A DNA stretch of 64,000 nucleotides from Octopus sinensis (GCF_006345805.1 NC_042999.1:42470001-42534000), one strand, 5' to 3'; positions 1-12,861 are shown, counted from the stretch's first letter. Numbers and translations are program-made. The notes: generated by a model from the letters alone, not told the origin.

Positions 1-905
1 AGAATAAGAACCAGGCTAACAGAACATCCACATTTAAGCAGGGATAAATATCATTTCTTGGTACTAATACTGTCTCTGTTGCTAATATATATTTTTTAAC
101 AAGCTCACTGGCTAATCGCAACACCAATGCCTGTTCTGGCACTATTTTTCAATATATCTCTGGTGGGGAGATGAGTTGTGGCTATCTCTAATGGGTGAGT
201 GTCCATCATTGATGAGAACAAGGAAGGTTGAAATCACGTGATCTGGTAGTCTCAACACTGGAGACGGTGGAGAGTTATCTACCCGTTAATCATAATATAA
301 ATTTCAGTGATATTTCTCTGTCCATTACGTTTTTATGTTTATTAACTCCTCTTAGACTGTTGGTGCAAGGACAACGAAACTCACACCAGCAACTCCCCTA
401 ATCCCTGTTAATATCCTATGGGAGTCTATTTTTTAAGGGTTGCCAAACTGGGGTCCCACTGATCCCCCCCTATTTTTACATGAATTTTAAACTAAATACA
501 TGGCATTGGCAACCAAATTGGAGCAATGACAATGAATTTCATACCAGGAAGTCCCAGGGAGCATCATAAGGAGGTCCAATTTCTGAAGGGCCGCTTAAAT
601 GGGGCCCCCACTGACTCCCCTATTTTTACTGCATTTACCTCGCTCCTACGCTTACTGATTAAACTATGATCAGCATCAGTGTTTAGCACATTTGCAGAAT
701 TAAGTTTCATTACTCAATGGTAGAGGGCCATGAAGCAGCCCAATAGTGGGGCCAAAGACCTCAAAGGTGCCCTCAGCAGGAGCTAACCTGAATGCCACCC
801 AAAGGGCGGCTTCAAGCTAATGATAGAAAGAAGGGTGCATTTTTGTACTCTTGTTTACGGTATCTCATGGTATCTACTGTTCTAACAGAACATCTACTTT
901 GAAGT

Positions 906-1349
906 AATCAAACCAAATCAAAATCGATGAACATCAATGGAATTTGTATCTTTGTGGTACCAGTGCCGGTGGCACATAAGAAAACCATCCGAACGTGGCC
1001 ATAGCCAGTACCGCATCGACTGGCCTCCGTGCTGTGGGCACGTAACAAACACCATCCGATCGTGGCTGTTCGCCAGCCTCGTCTGGCACCTGTGTCGGTG
1101 GCACATAAAAAACACCATCCGAGCGTGGCCATTTGCCAGCCTCATCTGGCACCTGTGACGGTGGCACACAAAATCACCCACTACACTCTCGGAGTGGTTG
1201 GCGTTAGGAAGGGCATCCAGCTGTAGAAACACTGCCAGATCTGACTGGTCTGGTGCAGCTTTCGGGCTTCTCAGACCCCAGTTGAACCGTCCAACCCATG
1301 CTAGCATGGAAAGCGGATGTTAAACGATGATGATGATGATGATGATGAT
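906..1349 (+). mobile_element. 3'-end fragment of the RTE LINE
   Basis: Near-identical to 12115-12629, with the same tandem units, GGAAGGGCATCCAGCTG block and (GAT)n tail. Confidence 0.85.
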
Positions 1350-1423
1350 TACCTCTTGGTATAGATACTATATCTGTCATCAATATATATATTTTTTTTA
1401 AATAATTAAATATTTGACTTTAC

Positions 1424-1707
1424 CTTTGGTAACTGACAGGAGCAGAACTCAGTCTAGCAACGGGAACAGGTTGTTGTCCAGTTGGATATGGAGTGGAATG
1501 TGTGGTCAAGGCAGTGGAACTTAGTCTTCTTGGAAGATCTTTAGCTGGGGGATCATTACTGTTTGTGGATTGCATTGATAAAAGTGAAGACGACCGTAAC
1601 AATGTTGAACTTGCTTGCCCAGGAGACACTGAGTTGTAATAATGCTGAGTCTGTTGCTCTTGCTGTTGTTGTAGCTGTTCTTGTTGCTGCTGCAGATGTT
1701 CCTGCTG
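1424..1707 (-). CDS. KIF6: Probable KIF6 penultimate exon (Q/S-rich tail, phase 0 to phase 2)
   Basis: Open frame QQEHLQQQQEQLQQQQEQQTQHYYNSVSPGQASSTLLRSS...SAPVSYQ(R). Pyrimidine-rich acceptor with tandem CAGs at 1710-1702 and donor GTAAAG at 1423. Phase 0 matches the previous exon. Low sequence conservation, so the assignment is by position and phase. Confidence 0.65.
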
Positions 1708-4419
1708 CTGTTGGCATAAAATAAAATTAAAATGTAAAATTGTAATTGCGTGTGTGTGTGTGTGTGTGTGTGCACGCATGCATGTGTACTTGCACATATG
1801 TGTGTGCAAACATGTGTGCATGTGTGCAAAAGCACCTGGCCAAGGGGTTACAGTGTTGGGCTCATGATCTTATGGTCATTAGGTCAATTCTTGGGCCAAG
1901 TGGTGTGTTGTGCCCTCAAGCAAAGCACTTCATTTCCCACTGCTAAAGTTTACTCAGCTGGAATGCAGACCAATCAAGTAATGGTGTAGCCTTCTCTTTC
2001 TCAAGTTGTTACATCCTACATGCTCCACTGGATCACAGGTGGGATGAACAAAAGGTATCTATTGATAAAACAATTTGGAAAAGCATAGTACATGCTATCA
2101 AGCATTTGTTACTATAACCCTGGGCTGATTAAATTTATAAGAAAATTGCACTTCATATTTGAAGTTCTGATAAAGCTATAGGATGATTCATAAGCATTTT
2201 ATCTTTTGTGAAGCCAATTGATATTGTAGTCATGACAATTGCCAGTGTCATGTAAAAGACACCAATGCTGGTGGCACATAAAAAGAACCCATGGCACTCT
2301 TGGAGTGGTTGACATTAGGAAGGGCATCCAGCCATAGAAACCTTGCCAAATCAGACTAGAACTGGGCGCAGCTCTCCATATTACCAGTTCCAGTTAAAAT
2401 GTGTAACCCATGCCAGTATGGAAAGTGGATGTTAAATGAGAGAGAGGATGGGCTTCTTTCAGTTTTCATCTACAAAATCCACCCATACCCAGAAGGCTTT
2501 GCTTAATCCAGGACTATAGTAAAAGATATACTTTTCCAAGGTGCTGCACAGTGGAACAGAACCCCAAACCACATGGTTGGGAAGCAAGCTTTTTACCCGC
2601 ACAGCCACATCTGCACCTATATATATATATTCTTTTATTCTTTTAATTGTTTCAGTTATTTGACTATGGCCATGCTGGAGCACCACCTTTAGTTGAGCAA
2701 ATCAACCCCAGGACTTATTCTTTGTAAGCCTAGTACTTATTCTATCATTCTATTGGTCCCCTTTGCCAAACCACTAATTTACGGGGATATAAATACACCA
2801 GCGTCGGTTGTCAAACGATGGTGCAGGGACAAACACAGACACACACACATATATATATACACGGTGGGCTTCTTTCAGTTTCCATCTACCAAATCCACTC
2901 ACAAGGCTTTGGTTGGCCTGAGGCTATAGTAGAAGACAATTGCCCAAGGTGCCACGCAGTAGAACAGAACTCGGAACCATTTTGTTGGATAGCAAGCTAT
3001 TTTATTTCATAAATATTTGCCATGAAGGCATTACAAAGAGGGGACAAAAAAGGACAGACAAACATAAAAGGGTGAAGTAGCTGTAGTAATTAAATATTTA
3101 CAATTTAAAAATACTAACCACACAGCCACTCCTGTGCCTATAAAATTTAGTTTCACTGTGGGTGGAATAAGAATGTAAATGCTAGCAGCATGTAAAAAGC
3201 ACTGTTCGAGTGCTGGACCACATGCAGGTAGAGACAGGAGACAAATCTTTGGCAATATACCGTCCTTGTGTAGAGCTGTAAAGAGATCATAGTCATGGCT
3301 GATACCAGTGTCACATCAATGGCACACATGCCGGTGGCACATAAGAAGCACTGTTTGAGTGTGATCATAGACGTGACTGATGCACCTGTGCAGGTGGCAC
3401 ATACAAAGAACCCACTACAATCTTGGATTGGTTGGCATTAGGAAGGGCATCCAGCCATAGAAACCTTGCCAAATCAGATTGGAACTTGGTGCAGTTACCC
3501 GGTTTACCAGTTTTCAGTCAAACCATCCAACTCATGCCAGAATGGAAAGTGGACATTAAACGATGATGATGATGATAATACAAACATACATATACATACA
3601 TATATATGTGTGTGTGTATGTGGTGTATGTAAATATATATATATATATGTATACATATATATACACGTACATATTTACACACACACACACACACACACAC
3701 GCACATGCACACACATATATACAAATGTATAAATATAATCTGGTAATCCAAGCATAGGAAGTTGGTAAGCTTCAAGCAGTGAGTGGTAAGTATGCAGAAC
3801 AACAACTGGAAAATATACAATAAGATTCAATAAACAACTTATTGGCATTGAGATTTACACATGTTTTCCCATATTGAAGTTGCAAGGAAATTCTATATAG
3901 CTCACAGTTAGCAACTAAAGCTGCCAAAAATGCAAATTAAAATTGTTATTAAAGCAGTGAAACTGGTAAAATGTATGCTACATAAGTTTCTTAGCTGCCT
4001 GAAGCTCATGATGCAATTGTTATGCAATGAGCTATGCTCAACTTTGTGCTGTGGCTGGTTTAGAAATTCCAGGCAACAATGTAACCATCATTTCATTAAA
4101 ATAATCAGAACCTGATGATTAGATATGTTGAGCACAGCTTATTACATAACAATTGCATCATAGCCTCAGTTAACTAAGAAACATATGTAGCATACATTTT
4201 ACCTGTCTCACTCCCTCACTTAGTATTTTAATTTACACACACACACACACTCATATATATATATTCACTGCGGTGATATATTTGACCATATCGCATGAGG
4301 AGTTTTAGGTGGGCAATTTAAACTGGTCATGTGCATCGTGCATATATCTGTATGTATACATTTGTATATGTAAGTATTCGTATGTTGTATGTATATATTT
4401 GTATTTATGAGCTGCGTGT

Positions 4420-4477
4420 ATTCCACTGATGAGGCAAAGCATTTCTTATGCAAAGCCAGAAATCCAGGATCTGGAAT
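4420..4477 (+). ncRNA. Type I hammerhead-like motif (one extra A before GAAA)
   Basis: ATTCCA-CTGATGA-GGC..GCAT/ATGC..GCC-A-GAAA-TCC(A)GGA-TC-TGGAAT: perfect 6-bp stem I and ATC cleavage triplet, within a ~4263-4540 element that follows (TA)n. Confidence 0.6.
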
Positions 4478-4656
4478 TATCCAGTAATTCTTTTGCTAGT
4501 TTATTTTGTCTTTTTGTCTTCTCTCCTGGGGCTGTATGAACTTTTAATGTGGTTTTAGTGTCAAGTTTTTGGCTGCTATTTCAAGCATGGTGGTATCTCT
4601 TAGATACGCTAAATTATAATTTATATATATATATAACATATTTCTAAATACATATA

Positions 4657-5095
4657 CATCATCATCATTATTTAACATCCACTTTCCATGCTGGCATGAG
4701 TTGAACGGTTCGGCTGAGGACTGGTGAGCCAGTAGGCTGCACCAGACTCCAGTCTGATCTGGCAAGGTTTCTACAGCTGGATGCCCTTCCTAAAGCCAAC
4801 CACTCCAAGAATGTAGTGGATGCTTTTTACGTGTCACCAGTACAGGAGCCAATCAAGGAGCACTGGCATCGAACAAGTTCAGTTGGTGCTTTTTACATGC
4901 CACTGGCACAGGAGCAGGTTAAGGGGCATTGGTATCAAACACATTCACATTTTGACTTTTCATGCCACTGGTATGGGGAGCCAGTCAGGCAGCAGTGGCA
5001 TTGATCCACACTCGGATGGTCCTAATTATATGTCACCAGCATGGGTATTAGTCAGACAGCACTGGCCACAACTACAATTTCGATATGTATTTATG
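4657..5095 (-). mobile_element. RTE LINE 3'-end fragment
   Basis: Reverse complement of the same 3' UTR with a (CAT)n tail. Confidence 0.75.
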
Positions 5096-5560
5096 AAAAC
5101 AAGGACGGAAAAACACATGATATTACACAAATATAAATACAAAATACAATAAAAAATACTGCCAGCTGAATTCAATTCGTCCCCAGTCGAAAGACATCTG
5201 TTGTTATGTTCTGTTATTATTATTATTTTTATTGTATTTTTTATTTATTGTATTTGTGTAACATCGTCTGTTTTTCTGTTCTTGTTTTCATATACATTTG
5301 ATGCTTTCTTCCAAGGAATCTAATGCTCTTAGCTTAGTTTTTTCCTTGGGGCTGGCCAGATTGGAGCAATCTCAAGATTAATCAGCCAAAATTGCGAGGA
5401 TGATCCGGTTCTTGACTGAAGATAGAAAGCTTTGAATGACCCATCCTTGTTTTTTTGTATCATCTATCTGGATGTTTTGTTGTCCCTTTTTGTATCCCCA
5501 GTTGTCCGGATGGTTTGCGTTCTTGTCCCATTTTGTATTTTATATATATATATATATATA

Positions 5561-6128
5561 TATTGGGTTGTCTGGAAAGTTTGTGCCGAATTTTAAAGGA
5601 AAGAAAAAGGTTAATAAACACTTGCCATTACATTTTTAATCAACTAAATATGAACCATTGTGTTGCACAATGCGTCTCCATCTTTCCTTTCACTTAAAAA
5701 TACCCTCCTCTCAGAATTGAGGTGGTTTCATGGCAAAGAATTCATCAAGGTATCTTTTTATGTCATCCAAGGAATTGAAATTTCTACCATTAAGACTATT
5801 CTGCAGAGACCTGAATAAGTGGAAATCTGAAGGAGCAATATCTGGTGAATATGGAGGGTGGGGTAACACATCCCAGCCGAGCTGCAGCAATTTTTGTCTG
5901 GTTCCAAAAGCATCAAGTGATGAAAATGAACTTTCTTATCTTCCATTTTATAGGGTTACACAATTAACACAGATTATAGGAACAAGCCTTCTTCCACGAA
6001 AAGATAGCTTAAACTATGCTCTAAATGGAGGTGTAGTCAAATCCTATTTTATGGACACAACCATCTTCTAAAATAAGTCGAAAGGTAAGTTACTATAAAC
6101 CAGCACAAACTTTACGGACAAACCAATA
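5561..6128 (-). mobile_element. Internally deleted mariner transposon
   Basis: TIRs TATTGGGTTGTCTGGAAAGTTTGTGC / GCACAAACTTTACGGACAAACCAATA in TA context. Transposase relic PYSPDIAPSDFHLFRSLQNSLNGRNFNSLDDIKRY. Confidence 0.85.
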
Positions 6129-6365
6129 TATATATAAAGGTACCCGTTTATATATGTGAGTATAGACATATATACATATACATACATATACACACAGGCA
6201 TGGCTATGTGAAAAGAAACTTGCATCCCAAACACTGAGTTGCAGGTTCAGTCCCACTGCATGGCACCTTGGGCAAGTGTCTTCTACTATAGCACCGGGTC
6301 AACCAAAGTCTCCTCAGTGGATTTGGTAGATAGAAACTGAAAGGAGCTCATCTCATATATATATA

Positions 6366-6707
6366 TTGATAAAAATGGTAAGACAACAAAAGAAAGAAAG
6401 AGACCTTGATATTATGTAAATAGAGGAATTTATCTGTAAATGTAATATGTGACAATTATTCAGTAGCCATGACAAAACTCCGAGTTTCAGCTGCCGAGGT
6501 GTAAATCCACAGCGCCATCTCTTCAGTTATCCGGCCATCGGAAAAATGGTATGAAAAATTTCCCTTTGTATAATGGTTATTTTTCAAAGCATTTTTCCGA
6601 TGGCCAGATAACTGAAGAGTTGGCAGTGTGGATTTCCACCTCGGCATCCGAAACTTGGAGTTTTACCATGGCTATCAAATAATAGTCACATATTACATTT
6701 ACAGATA
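6366..6707. mobile_element. Foldback Penelope-like remnant with hammerhead-like motifs
   Basis: Inverted arms 6431-6549 and 6590-6707. Each has CTGAAGA...GAAACT(C/T)GGAGTT with an imperfect long stem II. (TA)n flanks. The same family recurs at 63901-64000. Confidence 0.55.
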
Positions 6708-6742
6708 TATATATATACATACATACATATATATATATATAT

Positions 6743-6779
<37 letters not shown>

Positions 6780-6792
6780 ATGTATATATATT

Positions 6793-6844
<52 letters not shown>

Positions 6845-7069
6845 CTGTGAGTGTATTTGTTTGTGTATAATAATATATACAAAGAAACTCAAATGGCATA
6901 GATTCAGAAAGCTATACTAAACTAAAAACATTTGTACATACAAAACACACACACATGCACGCATACTCACACATGCATGCATACACACACAAACACATAC
7001 AGACATTCTGATAGTGTGAAAGAATCTTAAACATACATATATGTATATATATGTATGCATGTATGTATG

Positions 7070-7105
<36 letters not shown>

Positions 7106-7155
7106 GTGTGTGTGTGTGTATGTATATATATATATATATTATATATATATACATA

Positions 7156-7204
<49 letters not shown>

Positions 7205-7258
7205 TATGTGTGTGTGTGTGTATATATATATTATATATATATAATATATATATACATA

Positions 7259-7289
<31 letters not shown>

Positions 7290-7939
7290 TATATATATAT
7301 ACACACACATACACATATAAATACACACACACACACACTCACACATGCATGTACACAAACACTCGTCTAAATGGTGTTTCTAAAATCCCCTTTGACACAT
7401 ATAACCAAATAATACTCTAACGTAATTTCAACATGAAATGCAATTAGCGAAACAAGTTCTATCTGCAAAAGGAAATAGAACTTGTGGAACGGAGGAACAA
7501 GAACTTTGGAATGAGGCTGCATCGAAGCATGTGAAGAGAGGTGGGGTGGGGAAACGTGGGGAGGAACTGGTTAAGGTGCAGACGAATTATAGGAACTGGA
7601 AAAGAGAGAAATCTCATGCATAGAATAATGAAACAAGTGTGGTGGATGCTAGAGCGATAGGTTTTATGTCTTGGAAATGTATAATGGAGAGGAATGTTGG
7701 TTAGATGGGCAGGAATGTGGGTGAGATAGACTTGTTGGAATTGTAACTGGTTAAATAGTCACATAAGGAAGCAGAAAAATAAACTTTGTCGAAAGTTCCT
7801 GTTACTTGTGAAGAAGTGGGTTATGCTACAGGCAAGACTCAAATCAAGGCAAAGATCTGTCGCAACATAAACAAGTGAACAAGGTATGCTTGTAGTAGGA
7901 ACAATAAGAAGGTATAGTTTACTGTAATGTCTACATATA

Positions 7940-8354
7940 GGCGCAGGAGTGGCTGTGTGGTAAGTAGCTTGCTTACCAACTACATGGTTCTAGGTTCATT
8001 CCCACTGCATGGCACCTTGGGCAAGTGTCTTCTACTACAACCTCAGGTGGACCAAAGCCTTGTGAGTGGATTTGGTCGATGGAAACTGAAAGAAGCCCGT
8101 CGTATATATATATATATATATGTATGTGTGTATGTATATGTTTGTATGTCTTTGTCCCCCCCACCCCAACATCGCTTGACAACCGATGCTGGTGTGTTTA
8201 CATCCCCGTAACTTAGTGGTTCGGCAAATGGGACCAATAGAATAAGTACTAGGCTTCCAAAGAATAAGTCCTGGGGTAAATTTGCTCGACTAAAGGCGGT
8301 GCTCCAGCATGGCTGCAGTCAAATGATTGAAACAAGTAAAAGAGTAAAGAGAGA
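7940..8354 (+). mobile_element. tRNA-derived CORE-type SINE (octopus OR-like), full length
   Basis: A-box TGGCTGTGTGG and B-box GGTTCA.TCCC, CORE-like GGCACCTTGGGCAAGTG, internal (TA/TG)n, and 3' segment ending GAAACAAGTAAAAGAG. Confidence 0.8.
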
Positions 8355-8454
8355 GAGTATATATCATGCATATTGTCACTGCTGCAACATAGTATGAGAT
8401 GCTATCTGCAAATATCAATGCATGTCATGGATATATAATAGTAAAATATCATCA

Positions 8455-8820
8455 TTATCATCATCGTTTAACGTTTGCTTTCCATGCTAGCATGGGTTGG
8501 ACGATTTGACTGAGGTCTGGCAAACTAGATGGCTGCACCAGACTCCAGTCCGATCTGGCAGAATTTCTACAGCTGGATGCCCTTCCTAACGCCAACCACT
8601 CCGACAGAGTAGTGGGTGCTTTTACGTGCCACCGGCATGAGGGTCAGTCAGCCAGTACTGGCAACGGCCACACTCAAATGGTGCTTTTTATGTGCCACCT
8701 GCACAAGAGCCAGTCCAGCGGCACTGGCAATGACCTCGCTCAAATGTTTTTTCACGTGCCACCAACACAAGCGCCAGTAAGGCGGCGTAGGTAATGATCA
8801 TGCTCGAATGGTGCTTTTTG
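8455..8820 (-). mobile_element. RTE LINE 3'-end fragment
   Basis: Reverse-complement 3' UTR block. Confidence 0.75.
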
Positions 8821-8849
8821 AAGCAAGTAAATACTGTCAAAAGATGTTC

Positions 8850-9730
8850 ATGCTACAGTAGCAAATTAGCAACAGAATCTATGCAGAGTAATAATAGGCA
8901 CTGTTAACATGTATCATCACTACAATAAACAAATAGCAACCTTATAGCAACAGATATTATCTATAATAGCAACAAGAATTACCAACAGATGTCTTATTGC
9001 AGTAACAAAAATAGCTACAGATACTATAGACAATGGTAACAGAGACAGTATCACATATATCATTATGAATGCAATAAAATAGCAAATCAACAGATGCTAT
9101 CTATAATAGCAACAGGAATTACCTGTAAATGTCTTATTACAATAACAAAATAGCAACGGATGTTATAGACAATAGTAACAGACAGTATCACACATATCAT
9201 TATTATGACAGTAACAGAATAGCAAATCATTGTAGCAAATAGATATTATCTATAATAGTAATAAGCATTATCAACAGATGTGATACTATATGCAGTGAAT
9301 GGTAACAGATGAAATCCACAATAGCAAGTAGAAGTATCAACACATATCTATAATGAAACAGAACATCAAATACAATCTACAATAAGCAACAGGCATTATC
9401 AACAGATGCAATACATCAGTAACAAAATAGCAACAGATGTAATTGCCAATAGTAACAAATGAAATCAACAGATGTGATTATGATAGTAACACAAAAGCAA
9501 ATAATTGTAGTAAGGATGTTACCCACAGTAGCAATTGACAATTCCAACAGATGCCATCAATGTTTTATCATGGAATCTTCTGAGAATACTATTGATGTTA
9601 TATCCTGACAATATCTACACACAATATCAATGCACCAACTAAGTGAATAACAATCTCAACAGAAGTTATCACACAATACATTGACAATACTAACAGATGT
9701 CACCAGTGTATAATCAGATAATACCAACAT
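8850..9730. repeat. Degenerate AT-rich minisatellite
   Basis: Recurrent (a)gcaacagat / atctataatagcaac / gtaacaga motifs over ~880 bp. Confidence 0.75.
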
Positions 9731-9821
9731 GTCATTATGCTATCAAGTGGCAATAACAACAGATGATAAAACTGCCACACTCAATCTTTCTCCAATCACG
9801 ACCACCCAATGTTATACTCAC

Positions 9822-9957
9822 CATGACCAGATTTACTTGCTCAGCCCACCATTCTTCAAAGGCTTTCATTAGTTGAACCTTTTCTTTCTCTAGTAGATGC
9901 TGGCAATGTTCTATTTCACTCTTCAAATTCCGGAGGGAGTTGAAATTATCTTTGTAC
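9822..9957 (-). CDS. KIF6: KIF6 internal exon (136 nt, phase 2 to phase 0)
   Basis: Acceptor tattctgttacag and donor GTGAGT. Encodes YKDNFNSLRNLKSEIEHCQHLLEKEKVQLMKAFEEWWAEQVNLVM, clearly homologous to KIF6 YKTMFTRLKALKVEIEHLQLLMDKAKVKLQKEFEVWWAEE (recalled human sequence). Confidence 0.9.
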
Positions 9958-10383
9958 CTGTAACAGAATATATATACATATGATATATTATATTCTTTTA
10001 TACTTTCGTTTCAGTCATTTGAATGCAGCCATGCTGGAGCATTGCTTTTAGTCGAACAAACTGACCCCAGGACTTATTCTTTGTAAGCCTAGTACTTATT
10101 CTATCAGTCTCTTTTGCCAAACCGCTTAGTAACAGGAATGTAAAAAATCCACTCAAAAGGCTTTAGTTGGCCCGAGGCTATAATAGAAGACACTGGCCCA
10201 AGGTGCCACGAAGTGGAACTGAACCCAGAACCATGTGGTCAGAAAGCAAGCTTCTTGCCACACAGCCACACTGCACCTATAATATAATATACAATATAAT
10301 ATGATATGATATAATGTAATCTAGTATGATATAATACATAAATAATGTAATATATATATATATAATATATATATATATGAATG

Positions 10384-10440
<57 letters not shown>

Positions 10441-10443
<3 letters not shown>

Positions 10444-12629
10444 GCAGTGTCGGCTATAACCTAGTCACCCGTATAGTCAACCAGGTGATACACGAAGGAG
10501 TCATACCCAATGACTGGTGTAGCAGCATACTAGTCAACTGCTACAAAGGTGAAGGTGATGCCCTGGATACAAATAATTACAGAGGTATCAAGCTGTTGGA
10601 TCAGGTAATGAAGGTTACGGAGAGGGTCATAGCCCAACTAATTAGAGAGAGAGTTAGTTTAGATGAGATGCAGTTTGGGTTTGTCCCAGGGAAAAGCACC
10701 ACTGATGCTATATTCCTGGTAAGGTAGCTGCAGGAGAAATACCTAGCCAAAGATAAGCCCCTGTACCTGGCTTTCGTTGACATGGAGAAAGCCTTTGATA
10801 GGGTCCCCCGATCCCTCATCTGGTGGTCAATGAGGAAACTAGGTGATAGATGAATGGCTGGTGAGGGCTGTGCAAGCCATGTACAGATGCCGTAAGTAAG
10901 GTTAGAGTTTGCAGCATGTACACAGAAGAATTCAAGGTAGAGGTTGGGGTCCACCAGGGTTCAGTACTCAGCCCCCTCCTATTTATCATAGTCCTCCAGG
11001 CAATTGTGGAGGAATTCAAGACAGGTTGCCCCTGGGAGCTCCTCTATGCTGACGACCTCGCTCTAATCGCTGAGTCACTATCAGAACTGGAGGAGAAGTT
11101 CCAGGTGTGGAAGGAGGGTTTAGAATCGAGGGGCCTTAGAGTCAACCGAGCTAAAACCAAAGTACTAATAAGTAGAAAGTTAGAAAATCCACAAATATCC
11201 TCAGGAAGATGGCCCTGCTCGATCTGTAGAAAAGGTGTAGGTAGAAACTCTATAAGATGTACCCACTGTAAGCTATGAACACATAAGAGGTGCAGCAATG
11301 TCAAAGGTAGGCTAACTGGGAAGATAGTTTTTGTATGTGGCAGATGCTCTGGAGCATTGACCTCCGAAAATCTGCAGAAAACAACTTCTTCCGTCACTTT
11401 CCGGGGGGAAAAACTAGAAGTAGTTGATAGCTTCCGCTATCTAGGTGACCAAGTCAGTAGTGGGGGCGGGTGCGCTGAAAGTGTAACTGCTAGAATAAGA
11501 ATAGCCTGGGCAAAGTTTAGGGAGCTCTTACCTCTGCTGGTGACTAAAGGCCTCTCGCTCAGAGTAAAAGGCAGACTGTATGATGCATGTGTACGAACAG
11601 CTATGCTACATGGCAGTGAAACATGGGCCGTGACTGCTGAGGACATGCGTAAGCTTGTGAGGAACGAAGCCAGTATGCTCCGATGGATGTGTAATGTCAG
11701 TGTACTTACTCGACAGAGCGTTAGTACCTTGAGAGAAATGTTGTACCTAAGAAGCATCAGTTGTTGTGTGCAAGAGAGACGATTGCGCTGGTATGGTCAT
11801 GTGGCGAGAATGGATGAAGATAGGTGTGTGAGAAAGTGCCAATCCCTAGCAGTTGAGGGAACCCGTGGAAGAGGTAGACCCAGGAAAACCTGGGACGAAG
11901 TGGTGAAGCACGACCTTCGGACGTTAGGTCTCACCATGGAAATGACTAGAGACCGAGACCTATGGAAGTATGCTGTGCGTGAGAAGACCCGGCAAGACTA
12001 GTGAAGCCATAATCCGTGGCCCCTACCTGGGACGTAGTCAGTCCACCTGTGCATACCTTCCTTCTTGTGACACTTGTGAAGACCTGTTGAGGCAAGTGAG
12101 AATCGAATCAAATCAAATCAAATCAAATCGAACCAAATCAAAATAGATGAACATCAATGGAATTTGTATCCTTGTGGTACCAGTGCCGGTGGCACATAAG
12201 AAAACCACCCGAACGTGATCGTAGCCAGTACCGCAACGACTGGCCTCCGTGCTGAGGGCACATAACAAACACCATCCGAGCGTGGCCGTCCGCCAGCCCC
12301 GTTGGCACCTGTGTCGGTGACACATAAGAAAACACCATCCGAGCGTGCCGTCAGCCAGCCTCGTCTGGCACCTGTGTCGGTGGCACATAAAAAACACCAT
12401 CCGAGCGTGGCCGTCTGCCAGCCTCGTCTGGCACCTGTGTCGGTGGCACATAAAATCACCCACTACACACTCTCGGAGTGGTTGGCGTTAGGAAGGGCAT
12501 CCAGCTGTAGAAACACTGCCAGATCTGACTGGCCTGGTGCAGCCTTCGGGCTTGCCAGACCCCAGTTGAACCGTCCAACCCATGCTAGCATGGAAAGCGG
12601 ACGTTAAACGATGATGATGATGATGATGA
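10441..12629 (+). mobile_element. RTE-clade LINE, 5'-truncated, disrupted RT plus 3' UTR
   Basis: NYRGIKLL, QFGFVPGKSTTDAIF, GVHQGSVLSPLLF, LLYADDL, YLG, LHGSETW, RWYGHVARM and RGRPRKTW motifs across ORFs 10377-10727, 10916-11278 and 11357-12001, with stops and frameshifts. 3' UTR has (AAATC)n, a ~60-66-nt tandem array and a (GAT)n tail. (TA)n on both sides. Confidence 0.9.
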
Positions 12630-12639
12630 TATATATATA

Positions 12640-12721
<82 letters not shown>

Positions 12722-12739
12722 ATATATATATATATTATA

Positions 12740-12786
<47 letters not shown>

Positions 12787-12815
12787 ATTATATATTTATA
12801 TATATATTATATATA

Positions 12816-12861
<46 letters not shown>

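Noticed and set aside
908-1307. Repetitive ATDTGARRGW ORFs resembling a repeat protein or CRISPR-like array (also 12113-12607)
   Set aside because: This is the tandem array in the RTE LINE 3' UTR. Units are contiguous degenerate repeats with no unique spacers, and there are no cas genes in this eukaryotic context.
5405-5460. CTGAAGA...GAA motif as another hammerhead
   Set aside because: No GAAA with a pairing stem III and no stem I complementarity.
6686-7420. YI/CV/HT-repeat ORFs (also 12611-12970, 22532-22922, 37863-38306, 56600-57625)
   Set aside because: (TA)n, (CA)n and (TACA)n dinucleotide/tetranucleotide artefacts.
7940-8015. tRNA-like heads of SINEs as tRNA genes
   Set aside because: A/B boxes are present but the cloverleaf is degenerate and is followed by SINE body and tail.
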